Shown: one piece after another, positions 49,083-59,516 of the stretch | How positions within the stretch are numbered: the stretch's first letter is position 1 | Layout: each line of letters starts with the position of its first letter | From: an uncultured archaeon | GTDB taxonomy: Archaea; Thermoproteota; Nitrososphaeria; JACIWG01 | Assembly: GCA_938034445.1 (NCBI GenBank) | Contig: CALHLD010000026.1 | Span: 562-64,561 of the forward strand | Length of the DNA stretch: 64,000 bases | Direction: 5' to 3' | The notes under the pieces: generated by a model | Told to the model about the DNA's origin: nothing | The model's database searches: none | The model's input: the letters and a program-made list of their open reading frames with translations, nothing else | Program-made: the position numbers and the translations under genes

Positions 49083-49150
49083 ATTATACTAGTTTTCTCC
49101 ACTCATCTTTAAAAATATTAATTAAGGCATATTACAAAATTTTTTATGCA

Positions 49151-50305
49151 ATGTCTTTGAAGGTTGCAATTGTTAGATCTACCTTAAATAGGGGTTCAGG
49201 GCAAGTTGTTCATATTAGGGAAATATCTAAAAGGTTAATTGAAAAAGGCTATTATGTTGAATTGTTTTGTAGGGAATCTTTTGTCAGTTTAAAAGATGTT
49301 AAAGTAAACTGTGTTCCTGACCCTTTAAAAAATGTACCATTCCTCCGCCACTTTACATTCGCTTCATCTATAGTTAGGTGTACTAAAGGTTTTGACATAA
49401 TCCATACTCACTATCATCCTGGAATATTTGGAGGAATTTTTTCACACACATTTAATGATACTCCTCATGTATTCACTTTCCACGGCTTTGCTCCGATTAC
49501 ACGTTGGACGAATGTTAGGCAAATGGTAAAGATGCTTGACCATAGGATTGGGACATTTTTTGCTTTAAGATGGGGTGTGGATCATATACTTACTGTAAGT
49601 GAATACTTAAAGAGGGTGCTGGTGAAAAAATATCTTATCCCCCCCGAAATGGTTACCGTATGCTATAATGGTGTAGATTTTAAAAGATTTAGTCCGAAAG
49701 TGGATGGTGACAATTTTAGGGAAAGGTATAAACTAAAGGATAAGAAAGTAGTACTGTTCTTTGGTAGGCTGGTCCCATACAAGGGTGCACAATTTATTAT
49801 TAGAGCTGCACCTTTAATAGTAAAGGAGGTGCCGGAATGCTATTTTATCGTAGCCGGCGCCTCCAGACATGATAGGTTACAAATAGATAAGATGTTGAAT
49901 GTTTCAAAGTTGAAGAAGAGATTCATTTTCACTGGATTTGTTCCAGATGAAGAGGTTCCATTATTGTATGCATCATGCGACGTCTTCTCTTTCCCTAGTC
50001 TTTGGGAAGGCTTTGGAATGCCATTGGCTGAAGCTCAGGCTGTTGGAAAACCTGTTGTAGCATTTAATACTTGCGCGATCCCCGAGGTAGTGGAGAACCG
50101 TCGCTCGGGACTACTTGTTCCCCCGAATGATTGGAGGGCATTGGCCAATGCGATCATCTATCTTTTAAAGAATACTGATGTTGCATCAAGAATGGGGGAA
50201 TACGGTTACAACAGAGTAAGAAAAATATTCACTTGGGACATTGTTACAGAAAAGGTTGAAGAAGCATATAAGAAGGCCATAATACACCATAGCGTACAAT
50301 GCTGA
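49151..50305 (+). CDS. GT4 glycosyltransferase
   Basis: GRL...KG, FPSLWEGFGMPLAEAQA.GKPVV. Confidence 0.92.
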   Translation: MSLKVAIVRSTLNRGSGQVVHIREISKRLIEKGYYVELFCRESFVSLKDVKVNCVPDPLKNVPFLRHFTFASSIVRCTKGFDIIHTHYHPGIFGGIFSHTFNDTPHVFTFHGFAPITRWTNVRQMVKMLDHRIGTFFALRWGVDHILTVSEYLKRVLVKKYLIPPEMVTVCYNGVDFKRFSPKVDGDNFRERYKLKDKKVVLFFGRLVPYKGAQFIIRAAPLIVKEVPECYFIVAGASRHDRLQIDKMLNVSKLKKRFIFTGFVPDEEVPLLYASCDVFSFPSLWEGFGMPLAEAQAVGKPVVAFNTCAIPEVVENRRSGLLVPPNDWRALANAIIYLLKNTDVASRMGEYGYNRVRKIFTWDIVTEKVEEAYKKAIIHHSVQC

Positions 50306-50955
50306 ATGCAATATTTGTCTTTGATATGGATGGTACCCTTTTATCTAGAAGGACTGTTGACGTACTTTGCACTCTTTTCAATTTGAATGAAAGGCTAAAA
50401 TTAATTGATAAAGTGAGTTTAACATTACCTGCTTACCGTATTGAAGAGATGATTGCAAAATTGTTTAAGGGAAAAAATGTTAATGATATGCTGTCCGCAT
50501 TTGATTCTATTCCATTAAATGATGGTGTCGAAGAATTTATCAGTAAAGTTAGGGCTCATGGTTGTGCAACTGCCATCGCGACTGACTCTTACACTTTTCT
50601 AGCAAAAAAATTAGCTAGCAGGCTTAAAATTGACTTTGTATACGGCCTTGATGTTAAAATTAGGGACAACATTTTTAGTGGAAAAATATTATCCGAGTAC
50701 AAGTGTCTAGAAATATCTTTATGCAGAAGATATTATGTTTGCAAATTGTGGTTTATTAGAGAATTAAAGAAAAAGCACGTGTGCCCAATAGTATCTATTG
50801 GTGACGGTGAAAGCGATTATTGCATGAGCACTGGAGCAGACTACCCAATTGCTGTTAACGCTAAAAGCGAAAAGCTAAAGGAAGTCTGTAAACTTAATGT
50901 TAAAAGTTTTAAAGACCTTCTAAAATTTGATATAAACACATTTATATCAAGATAA
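50299..50955 (+). CDS. HAD IB phosphatase (phosphoserine phosphatase-like)
   Basis: FDMDGTL, AT, K, IGDG.SD. Confidence 0.85.
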   Translation: MLNAIFVFDMDGTLLSRRTVDVLCTLFNLNERLKLIDKVSLTLPAYRIEEMIAKLFKGKNVNDMLSAFDSIPLNDGVEEFISKVRAHGCATAIATDSYTFLAKKLASRLKIDFVYGLDVKIRDNIFSGKILSEYKCLEISLCRRYYVCKLWFIRELKKKHVCPIVSIGDGESDYCMSTGADYPIAVNAKSEKLKEVCKLNVKSFKDLLKFDINTFISR

Positions 50956-50971
50956 TATAAGATATACTTGT

Positions 50972-52387
50972 ATGAATTCAAAAAGAATTGATTTTTCTTC
51001 TATAAAGAATGTGAGATTAGAAAAAAGTATTGATTTAAAGTTAAATTCTATGATCACAGATGAAATAGGCATACATAGGCCTATCTCAATCTCTGTTGTT
51101 ATTCCAACAAAAATCGATGCAGGTAAAAAGACTAGAAGAAAAGAACTTGAAACTTTAACCAAGATACTGGAAGAATGTAGTAGGCTAGCGGACCTAGGTT
51201 ATATTGATGAAATTATTGTTGTTGATGCATCAATATATGAAAATGGTAAGCCTGACTACAGTATACTAACAAAGGTAATTAAAACAGCATACTTGCATTT
51301 AAAACTATTTAGGAGAGAGGTCGATCTTGTTGCATCGTCAAGGGCTGAAAGTTTGCATGCAAGTAAAGGATTTTTTAACTTTTTTGTGAAGGTTGTTCAC
51401 CAGTTTGATCCGCTAATTGCAAAACTTTTAGAGACTAAAGGAGTTTTAACAAAATTGAACATTGAACGTATGCCCTCAGGTAAAGGTGCCGCATTATGGC
51501 TTTCTGTCCCCTTATGTAGTGGTGACATCATATGCTTTATTGACTCCGATATAATGAATTTTAAAAAAGAGATGATTATCTCACTCTGTAATCCATTGAT
51601 AAAATCAATCAGTAATAACTCTTATTTCAAAAAATTATTTTCTAAAGCATTTTATAAAAGATTAACTTTAAGATACGAGTCTGAGTCGAAGGAATTTGTG
51701 TTTGGTGGTAGAGTCACAAGACTTTTCATTAAACCAATGCTTAAAATTCTATCAAGCAATTACCCTGACATATTCAGAGAATTTGATAAAATGAACTATC
51801 CTCTTTCAGGAGAAAATGCTATATTTAAGGAAGTTCTTGAAAATTTGTATTTCCCATGTGATTATAGTATTGAATTGTCCATTCTTTACCAAATTATTAA
51901 AAAGTACGGTATCAATTCGATAATGCAAGTTGACCTTGACCTATTCTATCATATTGGTCAATCTGTGAAAGGATTACATAATATGGTTTCACAACTTTCT
52001 GTCTACCTACTTAAATTGTTAGAAGAAAATGGAATAATTTTATCTGAGGACAGTTTGAATGTTTTAGTTAATGAATATAAAAATGAATGTAGAAAGTGGA
52101 TTAAAAAGTATAAAAGGTTATTTTATAGAGAACTTCAACCGTTAAGCAAAGAACTCAGAGCACCAATCCATTATAGTGAGTCTACAGAAAGAGAAAGGGT
52201 TGAAATCTTTTCTTCAATATTCTTTGAGGCAGTAAAAAGTAGGGATTATGAAAGTAAGATTCTTCCAGCATGGAAAGAGTTCATGAACCAAAGTGAGTAT
52301 ACCCTGTTAAGCTCATTACTTAAATATAGGGCTAATCAGTTTACATACGACCGTCTTTTAAAGGTCGGTCTTGTTCGGAAACCATGA
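50972..52387 (+). CDS. Glucosyl-3-phosphoglycerate synthase-like (GT81)
   Basis: ISVVIP, GKGAALW, FIDSD, KAFY.R, GGRVT.L..KP, YPLSGE, QVDL. Confidence 0.75.
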   Translation: MNSKRIDFSSIKNVRLEKSIDLKLNSMITDEIGIHRPISISVVIPTKIDAGKKTRRKELETLTKILEECSRLADLGYIDEIIVVDASIYENGKPDYSILTKVIKTAYLHLKLFRREVDLVASSRAESLHASKGFFNFFVKVVHQFDPLIAKLLETKGVLTKLNIERMPSGKGAALWLSVPLCSGDIICFIDSDIMNFKKEMIISLCNPLIKSISNNSYFKKLFSKAFYKRLTLRYESESKEFVFGGRVTRLFIKPMLKILSSNYPDIFREFDKMNYPLSGENAIFKEVLENLYFPCDYSIELSILYQIIKKYGINSIMQVDLDLFYHIGQSVKGLHNMVSQLSVYLLKLLEENGIILSEDSLNVLVNEYKNECRKWIKKYKRLFYRELQPLSKELRAPIHYSESTERERVEIFSSIFFEAVKSRDYESKILPAWKEFMNQSEYTLLSSLLKYRANQFTYDRLLKVGLVRKP

Positions 52388-52405
52388 TTTATACATTCTT
52401 GTCCA

Positions 52406-53701
52406 CTATAGTAATGGTAAAAGTCTTCTACTAAGGATTGTTTCCCAACTAAATCTCTTCATAACATTGTTGAAATTAGAGTCTACGACATCGGCTACAA
52501 CTTCCTTATATATTCTGTAAGCAATATTATAGGGGCTTTCGTGGAGGTCGAACATGAACCCATCTATGCCTTCGCGGATAAGCTCCTGAAAAGGCGGTAT
52601 TCTTGAACAGAAAATCATTTTTCTTGCAGCACCCGCCTCTATCACAGGTAATCCAAATCCTTCTTCAATGCTTGGAATAAATACGATATCCGATATAGCG
52701 TAAGCGTCTCCAATACTCCATTTAATAATTTTCTCGCCCCTTCTAACTCTATCATGTGAGATTATATCGTGACAGAAGATCACATTATCCTCTAATCCCC
52801 TTCTTTTTATGATATGCTCAAGATACTCCATATACTTCATTCCCATTGTTATGGCTTGGTGATCTGGGGGGCCTGTTATTAGAACTTTAACAACCCTGTC
52901 CCCTATTAGCCTTTTCAACTCATCAGCAACATAGAGGGCGAGTTCAATATTCTTCCTAGGTGTCACTCTAACGGGAATCAACATGACAAGGTCTGTGAAG
53001 GAAATATCTAGCCTTCTCATTAAATCGAGGGTGATTTTATCTATCTTTAAATAGTCTTCAACGTGAACACCGTTTGGGATCACATGTATTTTTCCAAAAA
53101 GGTGCGAGTTAGACAACTGTTCTAGCTGACTTGCTCTAAAATGGCTTACGGTTACATAAGTTATGTTCCTATTTCTATGAAGAAGACATGTTAGGGGGAA
53201 GCGTCCTATTTTATCCTTCCATTCCTCTCTTAATATGGCTATATCGTGAATCCAGTAAATGAACTTGATGTCCAATTCTTCAGTTAACTCATTAATGGCG
53301 GCGGTTGCAGCAAAATTAAAAGGCATTGAAGGAATATTATGCACTATACATGTATCTAAATTTTCTAAAACTGGTTTAAGTTGCTGTTTAATCTGATTTT
53401 TCACGTCCAAAAACTCCTCAGTCTCTTCCTCCTTTTTTAATATATCCCTCTGTATTTCAAGAATTTTTTGACTCTTTGGAGAAAGTAATGGTATACTATG
53501 TTCAATAATATTTTCTCTATCGAATCCGCCTCCAGTGCCGTAAATCAAATGTACATGGTAACCACGATTTGATAAAAATTCTGTTTGTGCAGCGATCGCT
53601 ATTTCGACTCCACCTGTTTCAGAAGGTGGTGCAGTGTAATGAATTATACCCACATGTTTGTTTCTCTTAAAGTTATTTTTGTTTAAAGACTTTTTTTCCA
53701 T
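52406..53701 (-). CDS. GT4 glycosyltransferase, mannosylglucosylglycerate synthase-like
   Basis: IIHY...GGVE, HNI.SMP.N, W.HD, P.R..PRKNIELA, PS..EGFG. Confidence 0.7.
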   Translation of the reverse strand: MEKKSLNKNNFKRNKHVGIIHYTAPPSETGGVEIAIAAQTEFLSNRGYHVHLIYGTGGGFDRENIIEHSIPLLSPKSQKILEIQRDILKKEEETEEFLDVKNQIKQQLKPVLENLDTCIVHNIPSMPFNFAATAAINELTEELDIKFIYWIHDIAILREEWKDKIGRFPLTCLLHRNRNITYVTVSHFRASQLEQLSNSHLFGKIHVIPNGVHVEDYLKIDKITLDLMRRLDISFTDLVMLIPVRVTPRKNIELALYVADELKRLIGDRVVKVLITGPPDHQAITMGMKYMEYLEHIIKRRGLEDNVIFCHDIISHDRVRRGEKIIKWSIGDAYAISDIVFIPSIEEGFGLPVIEAGAARKMIFCSRIPPFQELIREGIDGFMFDLHESPYNIAYRIYKEVVADVVDSNFNNVMKRFSWETILSRRLLPLL

Positions 53702-53807
53702 GATGCAATCATTCTCTATTCTCTGATGTATTTTTAAATTTTATAGACTTCATCAGAAGTATAAGTAAAACCATATAAAATGTCTTATAATAAGTAATTG
53801 GGATAGT

Positions 53808-54797
53808 ATGAGTAAAGGTGGGAATCTTACTCTTAAGAAAAAAATACAAAGCTTAAAGCATAGCAGTCTAAAAATCGTGTCATATTTAATCGTTCTAATT
53901 GTAATTTTGGTAATATTAAACTATTTTTTCGGATGGTCGACTTATGAAGACATACCTGAAAATTTAAAGCAATATAGTACTGTAATCCTTTTCATTAACC
54001 CTTATATTTCATACATTCATGCAGCACTTGTTTTTGGTTTTGGATATTTAATTACAAACACTTTAAGTGGTGCGATTTATCGTTACTTTATTAAATTAAC
54101 TGATCATCCTACCGCCTCTACATTTAGGACTTTAACGAAAATCGTCGGAATAGGGGTGCTTCTTACAGTTGTGGCTTCAATATTAAATGTTAACCCAGCA
54201 ACTGCATTAACTATAGGCTCATTTGGTGGATTAGTTGTAGGATTTGCAACACAAACAGTTTTATCCCACCTTATAGCTGGAATCTTCATATTAATTACTA
54301 GGCCGTTCACATTCGGAGATGTTGTAACCATTTCTGGGCAGACAGGTATTGTGAAGGAGATGAGATTAATGCATCTTGTGCTAGAGTCATTAGATGGTTC
54401 AGCTGAAATTTTAATACCGTGTGGAACTGTTATTTCGCAGATTCTTCTAAAGAAGAAACCTCCAATGCAAGTTAAACCATTAAAGACGATATTAATTTTA
54501 GAAGAGCCCCCAAAAAGTGTTAAAACTGGAACAATAGTTACAATAAAAGGCAAGCTTGTTGAAGCTGAAAGTGGAAAACCCATCCCAAACGTACCGATCA
54601 AAATTTTTGGTGAAGACTTGGGTGGAGATGATCTGCTTGCAACAGAAAATACTGACGAAAAAGGCGTCTTCACTATAAAATGGGAAGCCAAAACAACAGA
54701 CCTTTTAGACAATACTGTGGAACTCTATGCAAAATTTGAGGGAAACGAAGATTATCGCCAATCAAAGAGTGAAGTTTATGTGCTTGAAATTGTTTAG
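53808..54797 (+). CDS. MscS mechanosensitive channel with a C-terminal Ig-like extension
   Basis: VGFA.Q..LS...AG......RPF..GD.V.I.G..G.V; C-terminal G.L....G.PI....I...TD..G.F. Confidence 0.85.
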   Translation: MSKGGNLTLKKKIQSLKHSSLKIVSYLIVLIVILVILNYFFGWSTYEDIPENLKQYSTVILFINPYISYIHAALVFGFGYLITNTLSGAIYRYFIKLTDHPTASTFRTLTKIVGIGVLLTVVASILNVNPATALTIGSFGGLVVGFATQTVLSHLIAGIFILITRPFTFGDVVTISGQTGIVKEMRLMHLVLESLDGSAEILIPCGTVISQILLKKKPPMQVKPLKTILILEEPPKSVKTGTIVTIKGKLVEAESGKPIPNVPIKIFGEDLGGDDLLATENTDEKGVFTIKWEAKTTDLLDNTVELYAKFEGNEDYRQSKSEVYVLEIV

Positions 54798-54964
54798 CAG
54801 TTATAATATATTAGTTTAAGCTATTCTAAGTTTACCATAAACATATCTTTAGTCATAATTGAAAAAATAAGTTTAAGATAAACTTATTATATGATAAACT
54901 CATTAGGTGGGGGGCTCAAATTATTTAAGTTTAAATAATGCAAATCTAATGACTGATACTTGAA

Positions 54965-56050
54965 ATGAGTACAGATTTTTTCTCAAAAAAGTTATCTCCT
55001 GTTGAAGTGAATAAGCCAACTTCAATTTGGCAACTTTTGGAGAAAATGTCCCGAACAGCCTATCAAGGACGTAAGCTGGCTGAAGCAGCTTATGTAATTG
55101 ATAAAATGATAAGGGATGATGATACAACTATAATTCTTGGTTTAGCTGGTTCCATGTCTACTGCTGGCCAGTGGAAGATCATAAACTGGTTTATTGAAAA
55201 TAATCTCATTGACATTTTAGTTTCTACGGGAGCTAATATTTCAGAAGACATTATCGAAGCTATGGGTTTCAGCTACTATCAAGGCACTCATCTTGTGGAC
55301 GACGAAGAATTGTTTAAGGTTGGATTAAATAGATATTACGATGTATATGGACGAGAAGACGATTATCTGAAAATGACTGAACTTATAGCATCATTCATTA
55401 AAACCTTAAACCCAAACTACAAATATTCTTCAAGAGAATTTCTTTATCTTTTTGGAAAATTTTTGCTTAGAAGGAAAATAAACAGTATAGTGGCTTTAGC
55501 GGCAAAAAAGAAGGTTCCAATATTTTGTCCTGCAATAGTGGACAGTGCGTATGGCGATGCCTTTTTGATGGTGGAATCTGAGGGTCTCCATTTCACCATT
55601 GATATGGTAAAAGATTATGTGGAATTTATGAAGTTGGCTGAAAAAGTTAAGGAAACAGGTGTTATATATATTGGTGGTGGTGTTCCAAAAGATTTTATAC
55701 AACTTTTTGCTGTTTCACCTGATCTACTTTATAAGGACAAGGTAATACATGGTAGGAAAAAGGAGCCAGTGCACTGTAAGGTGACAGACGAAAGCTATTA
55801 CCCGCACAAATACGCTGTACAGATCACCACCGACTCCCCTCAATGGGGTGGTTTATCTGGTTGCACTTTTGAGGAAGCAATCTCATGGGGTAAAGAATGT
55901 AGGAGTGGCTACCATGTCCAATGCTACTGTGATGCGACCATCGCCCTGCCAATAATCTCTCACGCTATTTGCGAAAAACTTGACTTCAAACGAAAGCCCA
56001 GTCAATTTCGTTTAGAAAAAAGCTTCTGGCAAATTAGGGATCTTTTTTAA
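54965..56050 (+). CDS. dys: Deoxyhypusine synthase family protein
   Basis: STGAN..ED, PAI.DS, GGGVPK, Q.TTD.P..GGLSG.T..EA.SWGK, DATIALP. Confidence 0.9.
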   Translation: MSTDFFSKKLSPVEVNKPTSIWQLLEKMSRTAYQGRKLAEAAYVIDKMIRDDDTTIILGLAGSMSTAGQWKIINWFIENNLIDILVSTGANISEDIIEAMGFSYYQGTHLVDDEELFKVGLNRYYDVYGREDDYLKMTELIASFIKTLNPNYKYSSREFLYLFGKFLLRRKINSIVALAAKKKVPIFCPAIVDSAYGDAFLMVESEGLHFTIDMVKDYVEFMKLAEKVKETGVIYIGGGVPKDFIQLFAVSPDLLYKDKVIHGRKKEPVHCKVTDESYYPHKYAVQITTDSPQWGGLSGCTFEEAISWGKECRSGYHVQCYCDATIALPIISHAICEKLDFKRKPSQFRLEKSFWQIRDLF

Positions 56051-56066
56051 TAATTAATTCTTTAAA

Positions 56067-57164
56067 TTATGGCCTTTCAGCTAATGTTAGTGAAATATTA
56101 ACTATCTTTCCATCCCTAATAACAGTTATGACCACCTTATCCCCTGGAGAATACTTGTAGGCCATAAGGTAGTTTAGGTCAGGGTCTTTCTTAATCGGGT
56201 AATTATCAATAGCTATGATAACATCTTTTGTTTTTAAACCACTTCTTTCTGCAGGAGAATTTCTTACTATTTGTGTGATTATAAATCCAGAGGTAATATC
56301 TTTGGGCAACCCATAGGATGATGCAATTATTGGATCCAAGTACTCGCCATAAATTCCAATATATGGATGCTTGTAAAATCCCTTCGCTATAAGTTCTGGT
56401 ACAATTCTCTTAACTATTGTTGATGGTACAGCGAAACCAACTCCTTCTGCAACAGACTTTTCTATTCCAGCCGTTGCGACGCCAACGACTTCCCCCCTCG
56501 AATTTATTAATGGCCCTCCAGAGTTTCCCGGGTTTATTGCAGCATCTGTCTGAAGCATTGGAACATATGTTATTCCTGTTCTATTAACTTGGCTTACAAT
56601 TCCAGACGTAATACTTCCTGTTAATCCGAATGGGCTTCCTATTGCATATACTGGCTCCCCAATTTTTATTGTTTCAGCAAGCTTTAATGGTGGATACTTT
56701 TCAGGCAATTCCGCCTTTAATACTGCTAAATCCGCATATGAGTCTTTTCCAATAAGTTTTGCCTCAAACATCTCGTTATCGTATGTCATGATTATAAAAT
56801 ATGTTCCCCCTTCAACGACATGTTCATTTGTTATAACATGTCCTTCATTATCATATATGAATCCAGAACCTAAAGCCAGTTGTTGATAATTTTTATCGTA
56901 TACTGTTACTTGTACAACACTTGGTGATGCAAGCTGGAATATTATTGATGCATCATTGCTTACATTACCAACATTATATATGACTGTAACTGTCTTTGTA
57001 TATGATGGGACAGTGGATGTAACTGTAATAGTTTTTGTTTCAATTGACGCTGTACTCGATTGTAGATATGCTGCATACCCAAAGATTATTGGCAACAATA
57101 TGGCTACACCTAATATTACAACTAAAGCCAATATTATTACTCCAACAATTTTTGAAGACATCAC
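56067..57164 (-). CDS. htrA: HtrA/DegP-like trypsin serine protease with PDZ domain
   Basis: GSGF, TNEHV, DLAVL, QTDAAINPGNSGGP, C-terminal PDZ; N-terminal TM. Confidence 0.93.
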   Translation of the reverse strand: MMSSKIVGVIILALVVILGVAILLPIIFGYAAYLQSSTASIETKTITVTSTVPSYTKTVTVIYNVGNVSNDASIIFQLASPSVVQVTVYDKNYQQLALGSGFIYDNEGHVITNEHVVEGGTYFIIMTYDNEMFEAKLIGKDSYADLAVLKAELPEKYPPLKLAETIKIGEPVYAIGSPFGLTGSITSGIVSQVNRTGITYVPMLQTDAAINPGNSGGPLINSRGEVVGVATAGIEKSVAEGVGFAVPSTIVKRIVPELIAKGFYKHPYIGIYGEYLDPIIASSYGLPKDITSGFIITQIVRNSPAERSGLKTKDVIIAIDNYPIKKDPDLNYLMAYKYSPGDKVVITVIRDGKIVNISLTLAERP

Positions 57165-57226
57165 TGCAGAATTTTACTCAAATTTGTGTTAATAAACTTT
57201 GCTTAATTAAGTTAATCTTTTATCAC

Positions 57227-58486
57227 TTATTCTAATATCTCATTTATCATTCTTCTTCCGGAGGGGATAATCTTATGCGGATATATTTTAGTCGAAATTA
57301 TCTCACATCCTTCACCTAATACTATGTCATCGCCTATTACACTAACTCCAACTATTTTTGTAGGATCATTTAGTGAAGATTTTACTCTAACATGTCTACC
57401 TACTATGCTGTCCCTTATTTCTGCACCATCTTCTATCATCGCCCTATCCATTATTGCTGAACGTTCTATAACCACATTTTTGCCAACAATACAGTAATTA
57501 TCGATGCAAGCATCCCGTATAATTGTTCCTTCTCCAATGCTACAATGTCTTCCAATTAAAGCTGAACCCTCTACAGTTATCTTGCCACTTCTTATCTTCT
57601 CTAAAATTTCTTCTCTTCTCTTTAATGCCTCAGGACTATGGCCTTGTATCCAAACATTTGATTCATCTGATATTCTGCCCTCAATATCTAAACCTCTTGC
57701 ACCACTATGTAGGATTCGAAGCATTGCGTTTAAGTATCTTTGTGGTGTTCCAACATCATGCCATTCTCCCTTAAGAATGTATCCGTAAACTGGTGCTTTA
57801 GAATTTACCAAATATGGTATTAGGTCTAAACCGAAATCTAGTCTTCTATTTTTTTCAAGCATTTCCTTCACCTTAGGCTCATTAAACACTTTTTTAATTT
57901 CTGGGCTCAAAAGGTATATTCCAGTATTAGCAAGATTTGATGGTGCCTCCTCTTTTTTTGGTTTCTCAACAAATCTTTGTATTCTAAAATCTTTATCCAT
58001 CCCAACAACCCCATAATCTTCTACATTTTCTACATGCACAAGGCCGATTGTCATCAAAGCATTTCTTTCTTTATGAAACATTAGAAAATCAGCAACATCT
58101 ATGTCAAATATATTATCACCCTGAACTCCAACAACAGGAGAATCTATTTCATAATATTCCATATTTATTCTTACCGAGTCAGCGCTACCAAAATCTTCCC
58201 TATTGGGTTGATATTTGATGTGAATTCGGGGGTTTATACCATATTTTGCAGACAAGCCAACTCCATCTTGAAAATAGTCATAGAGTGCTCTGTAATTTAC
58301 ATAGCCTTTAACGCCAAAAATAAAGTGTCTAACACCCTGTCTCGCCAACTTTACTATAGCTATCTCAACCAATGGCCTATTCAACAATCTGACAAGCGCC
58401 TTAGAAACTTCGCAGGTTAATGGTTTAAGACGCTTAGCTTCCCCGCCAACAGGAATTATAACCCTCAAATTATCAACTTCACCCAT
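57227..58486 (-). CDS. NDP-sugar pyrophosphorylase (mannose-1-phosphate guanylyltransferase-like)
   Basis: GG...RL.PLT...K, GD, YGVV, FVEKP, W.DVG, C-terminal beta-helix. Confidence 0.9.
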   Translation of the reverse strand: MGEVDNLRVIIPVGGEAKRLKPLTCEVSKALVRLLNRPLVEIAIVKLARQGVRHFIFGVKGYVNYRALYDYFQDGVGLSAKYGINPRIHIKYQPNREDFGSADSVRINMEYYEIDSPVVGVQGDNIFDIDVADFLMFHKERNALMTIGLVHVENVEDYGVVGMDKDFRIQRFVEKPKKEEAPSNLANTGIYLLSPEIKKVFNEPKVKEMLEKNRRLDFGLDLIPYLVNSKAPVYGYILKGEWHDVGTPQRYLNAMLRILHSGARGLDIEGRISDESNVWIQGHSPEALKRREEILEKIRSGKITVEGSALIGRHCSIGEGTIIRDACIDNYCIVGKNVVIERSAIMDRAMIEDGAEIRDSIVGRHVRVKSSLNDPTKIVGVSVIGDDIVLGEGCEIISTKIYPHKIIPSGRRMINEILE

Positions 58487-58542
58487 ATATCATCAAAATT
58501 TTTATCTTATTTTAAAGTTATAAACTTTTCATAGAAACGTCT

Positions 58543-59439
58543 TCAGGCTATAACTTTTTTCTTACAATATATTGATAAAAGTGTTGGAATCAGCCAAGTT
58601 ATAATGCCTAAGAAGCCTAGTCCCCCAAATATTTCATTGTCTGGCGATTTAGTTATAAGGAAAGTGAAGCCCCATAATGCATTTATTGAACCATGTAATG
58701 AAGCAGCTGGGAGTACACTTTTGGATGAAATTCTTGCAAAAACGTGTGGAAACGTGAAAAGAATAGCTATTATTGTAAAAATTAGAATTCCTTCAATTCT
58801 ATGTACCTGATAATTGTGTCCAAGAAGTACTATTGCAGTAGCATGCCATAAGCCCCAAAGTACACCTACTATAATGTTTGTTTTCACGAACCCTAATTTT
58901 TCTATAAGTAAACTTACAAGGAATCCTCTCCAACCTATTTCTTCTCCAAGAGCGTAAATGGCATTTAAAGTTATTGCTACGATGTATGATGATAAAATCA
59001 TGGATAAGACAACTACAGTAAGTAATATTGTTTGGTTAAATTCTTGTGGTAAGATATTTTGTAAGGTTTCTACTTGTTCAATAAGTGTTTTTAAGGTAAA
59101 GAATCTAAAGGCTATTGAAAAGAGTATGTAGACGCCTAAGCTTGCAAAAGTTATTAAAGGTGAAAGAAAGTACCATTTTAGTGTTGAAATATTTCTTATC
59201 TGTCCTAAAAATCCTTTTAACTCGTTAAATATATTTTTTCCTAAAACTTTCAGTCCTATAACTGAAGCTAGAGTAGGTGTATACATTCTAATTGATCCCC
59301 AGATTAGAATTGTTGTAACTGAAGTCAGCGGATAGTTAGTTATAAGGTGGAAAGTAAGCAGGTCAATTAAAAGTGCTAGAAGGTAAGCGCTGATAATATA
59401 GTAAAGTATGCCTTTTACAATTGGAGAACTCATGGCCAC
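58543..59439 (-). CDS. CPBP (CAAX) intramembrane metalloprotease
   Basis: [14 protein letters not shown]...N. Confidence 0.9.
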   Translation of the reverse strand: MAMSSPIVKGILYYIISAYLLALLIDLLTFHLITNYPLTSVTTILIWGSIRMYTPTLASVIGLKVLGKNIFNELKGFLGQIRNISTLKWYFLSPLITFASLGVYILFSIAFRFFTLKTLIEQVETLQNILPQEFNQTILLTVVVLSMILSSYIVAITLNAIYALGEEIGWRGFLVSLLIEKLGFVKTNIIVGVLWGLWHATAIVLLGHNYQVHRIEGILIFTIIAILFTFPHVFARISSKSVLPAASLHGSINALWGFTFLITKSPDNEIFGGLGFLGIITWLIPTLLSIYCKKKVIA

Positions 59440-59516
59440 AAAATTTTATATAATACAAATATAAAATTTTTGAGTTAGAAAATGTTTTTAAAATATAGGG
59501 ACAAAATGTACAGTTT

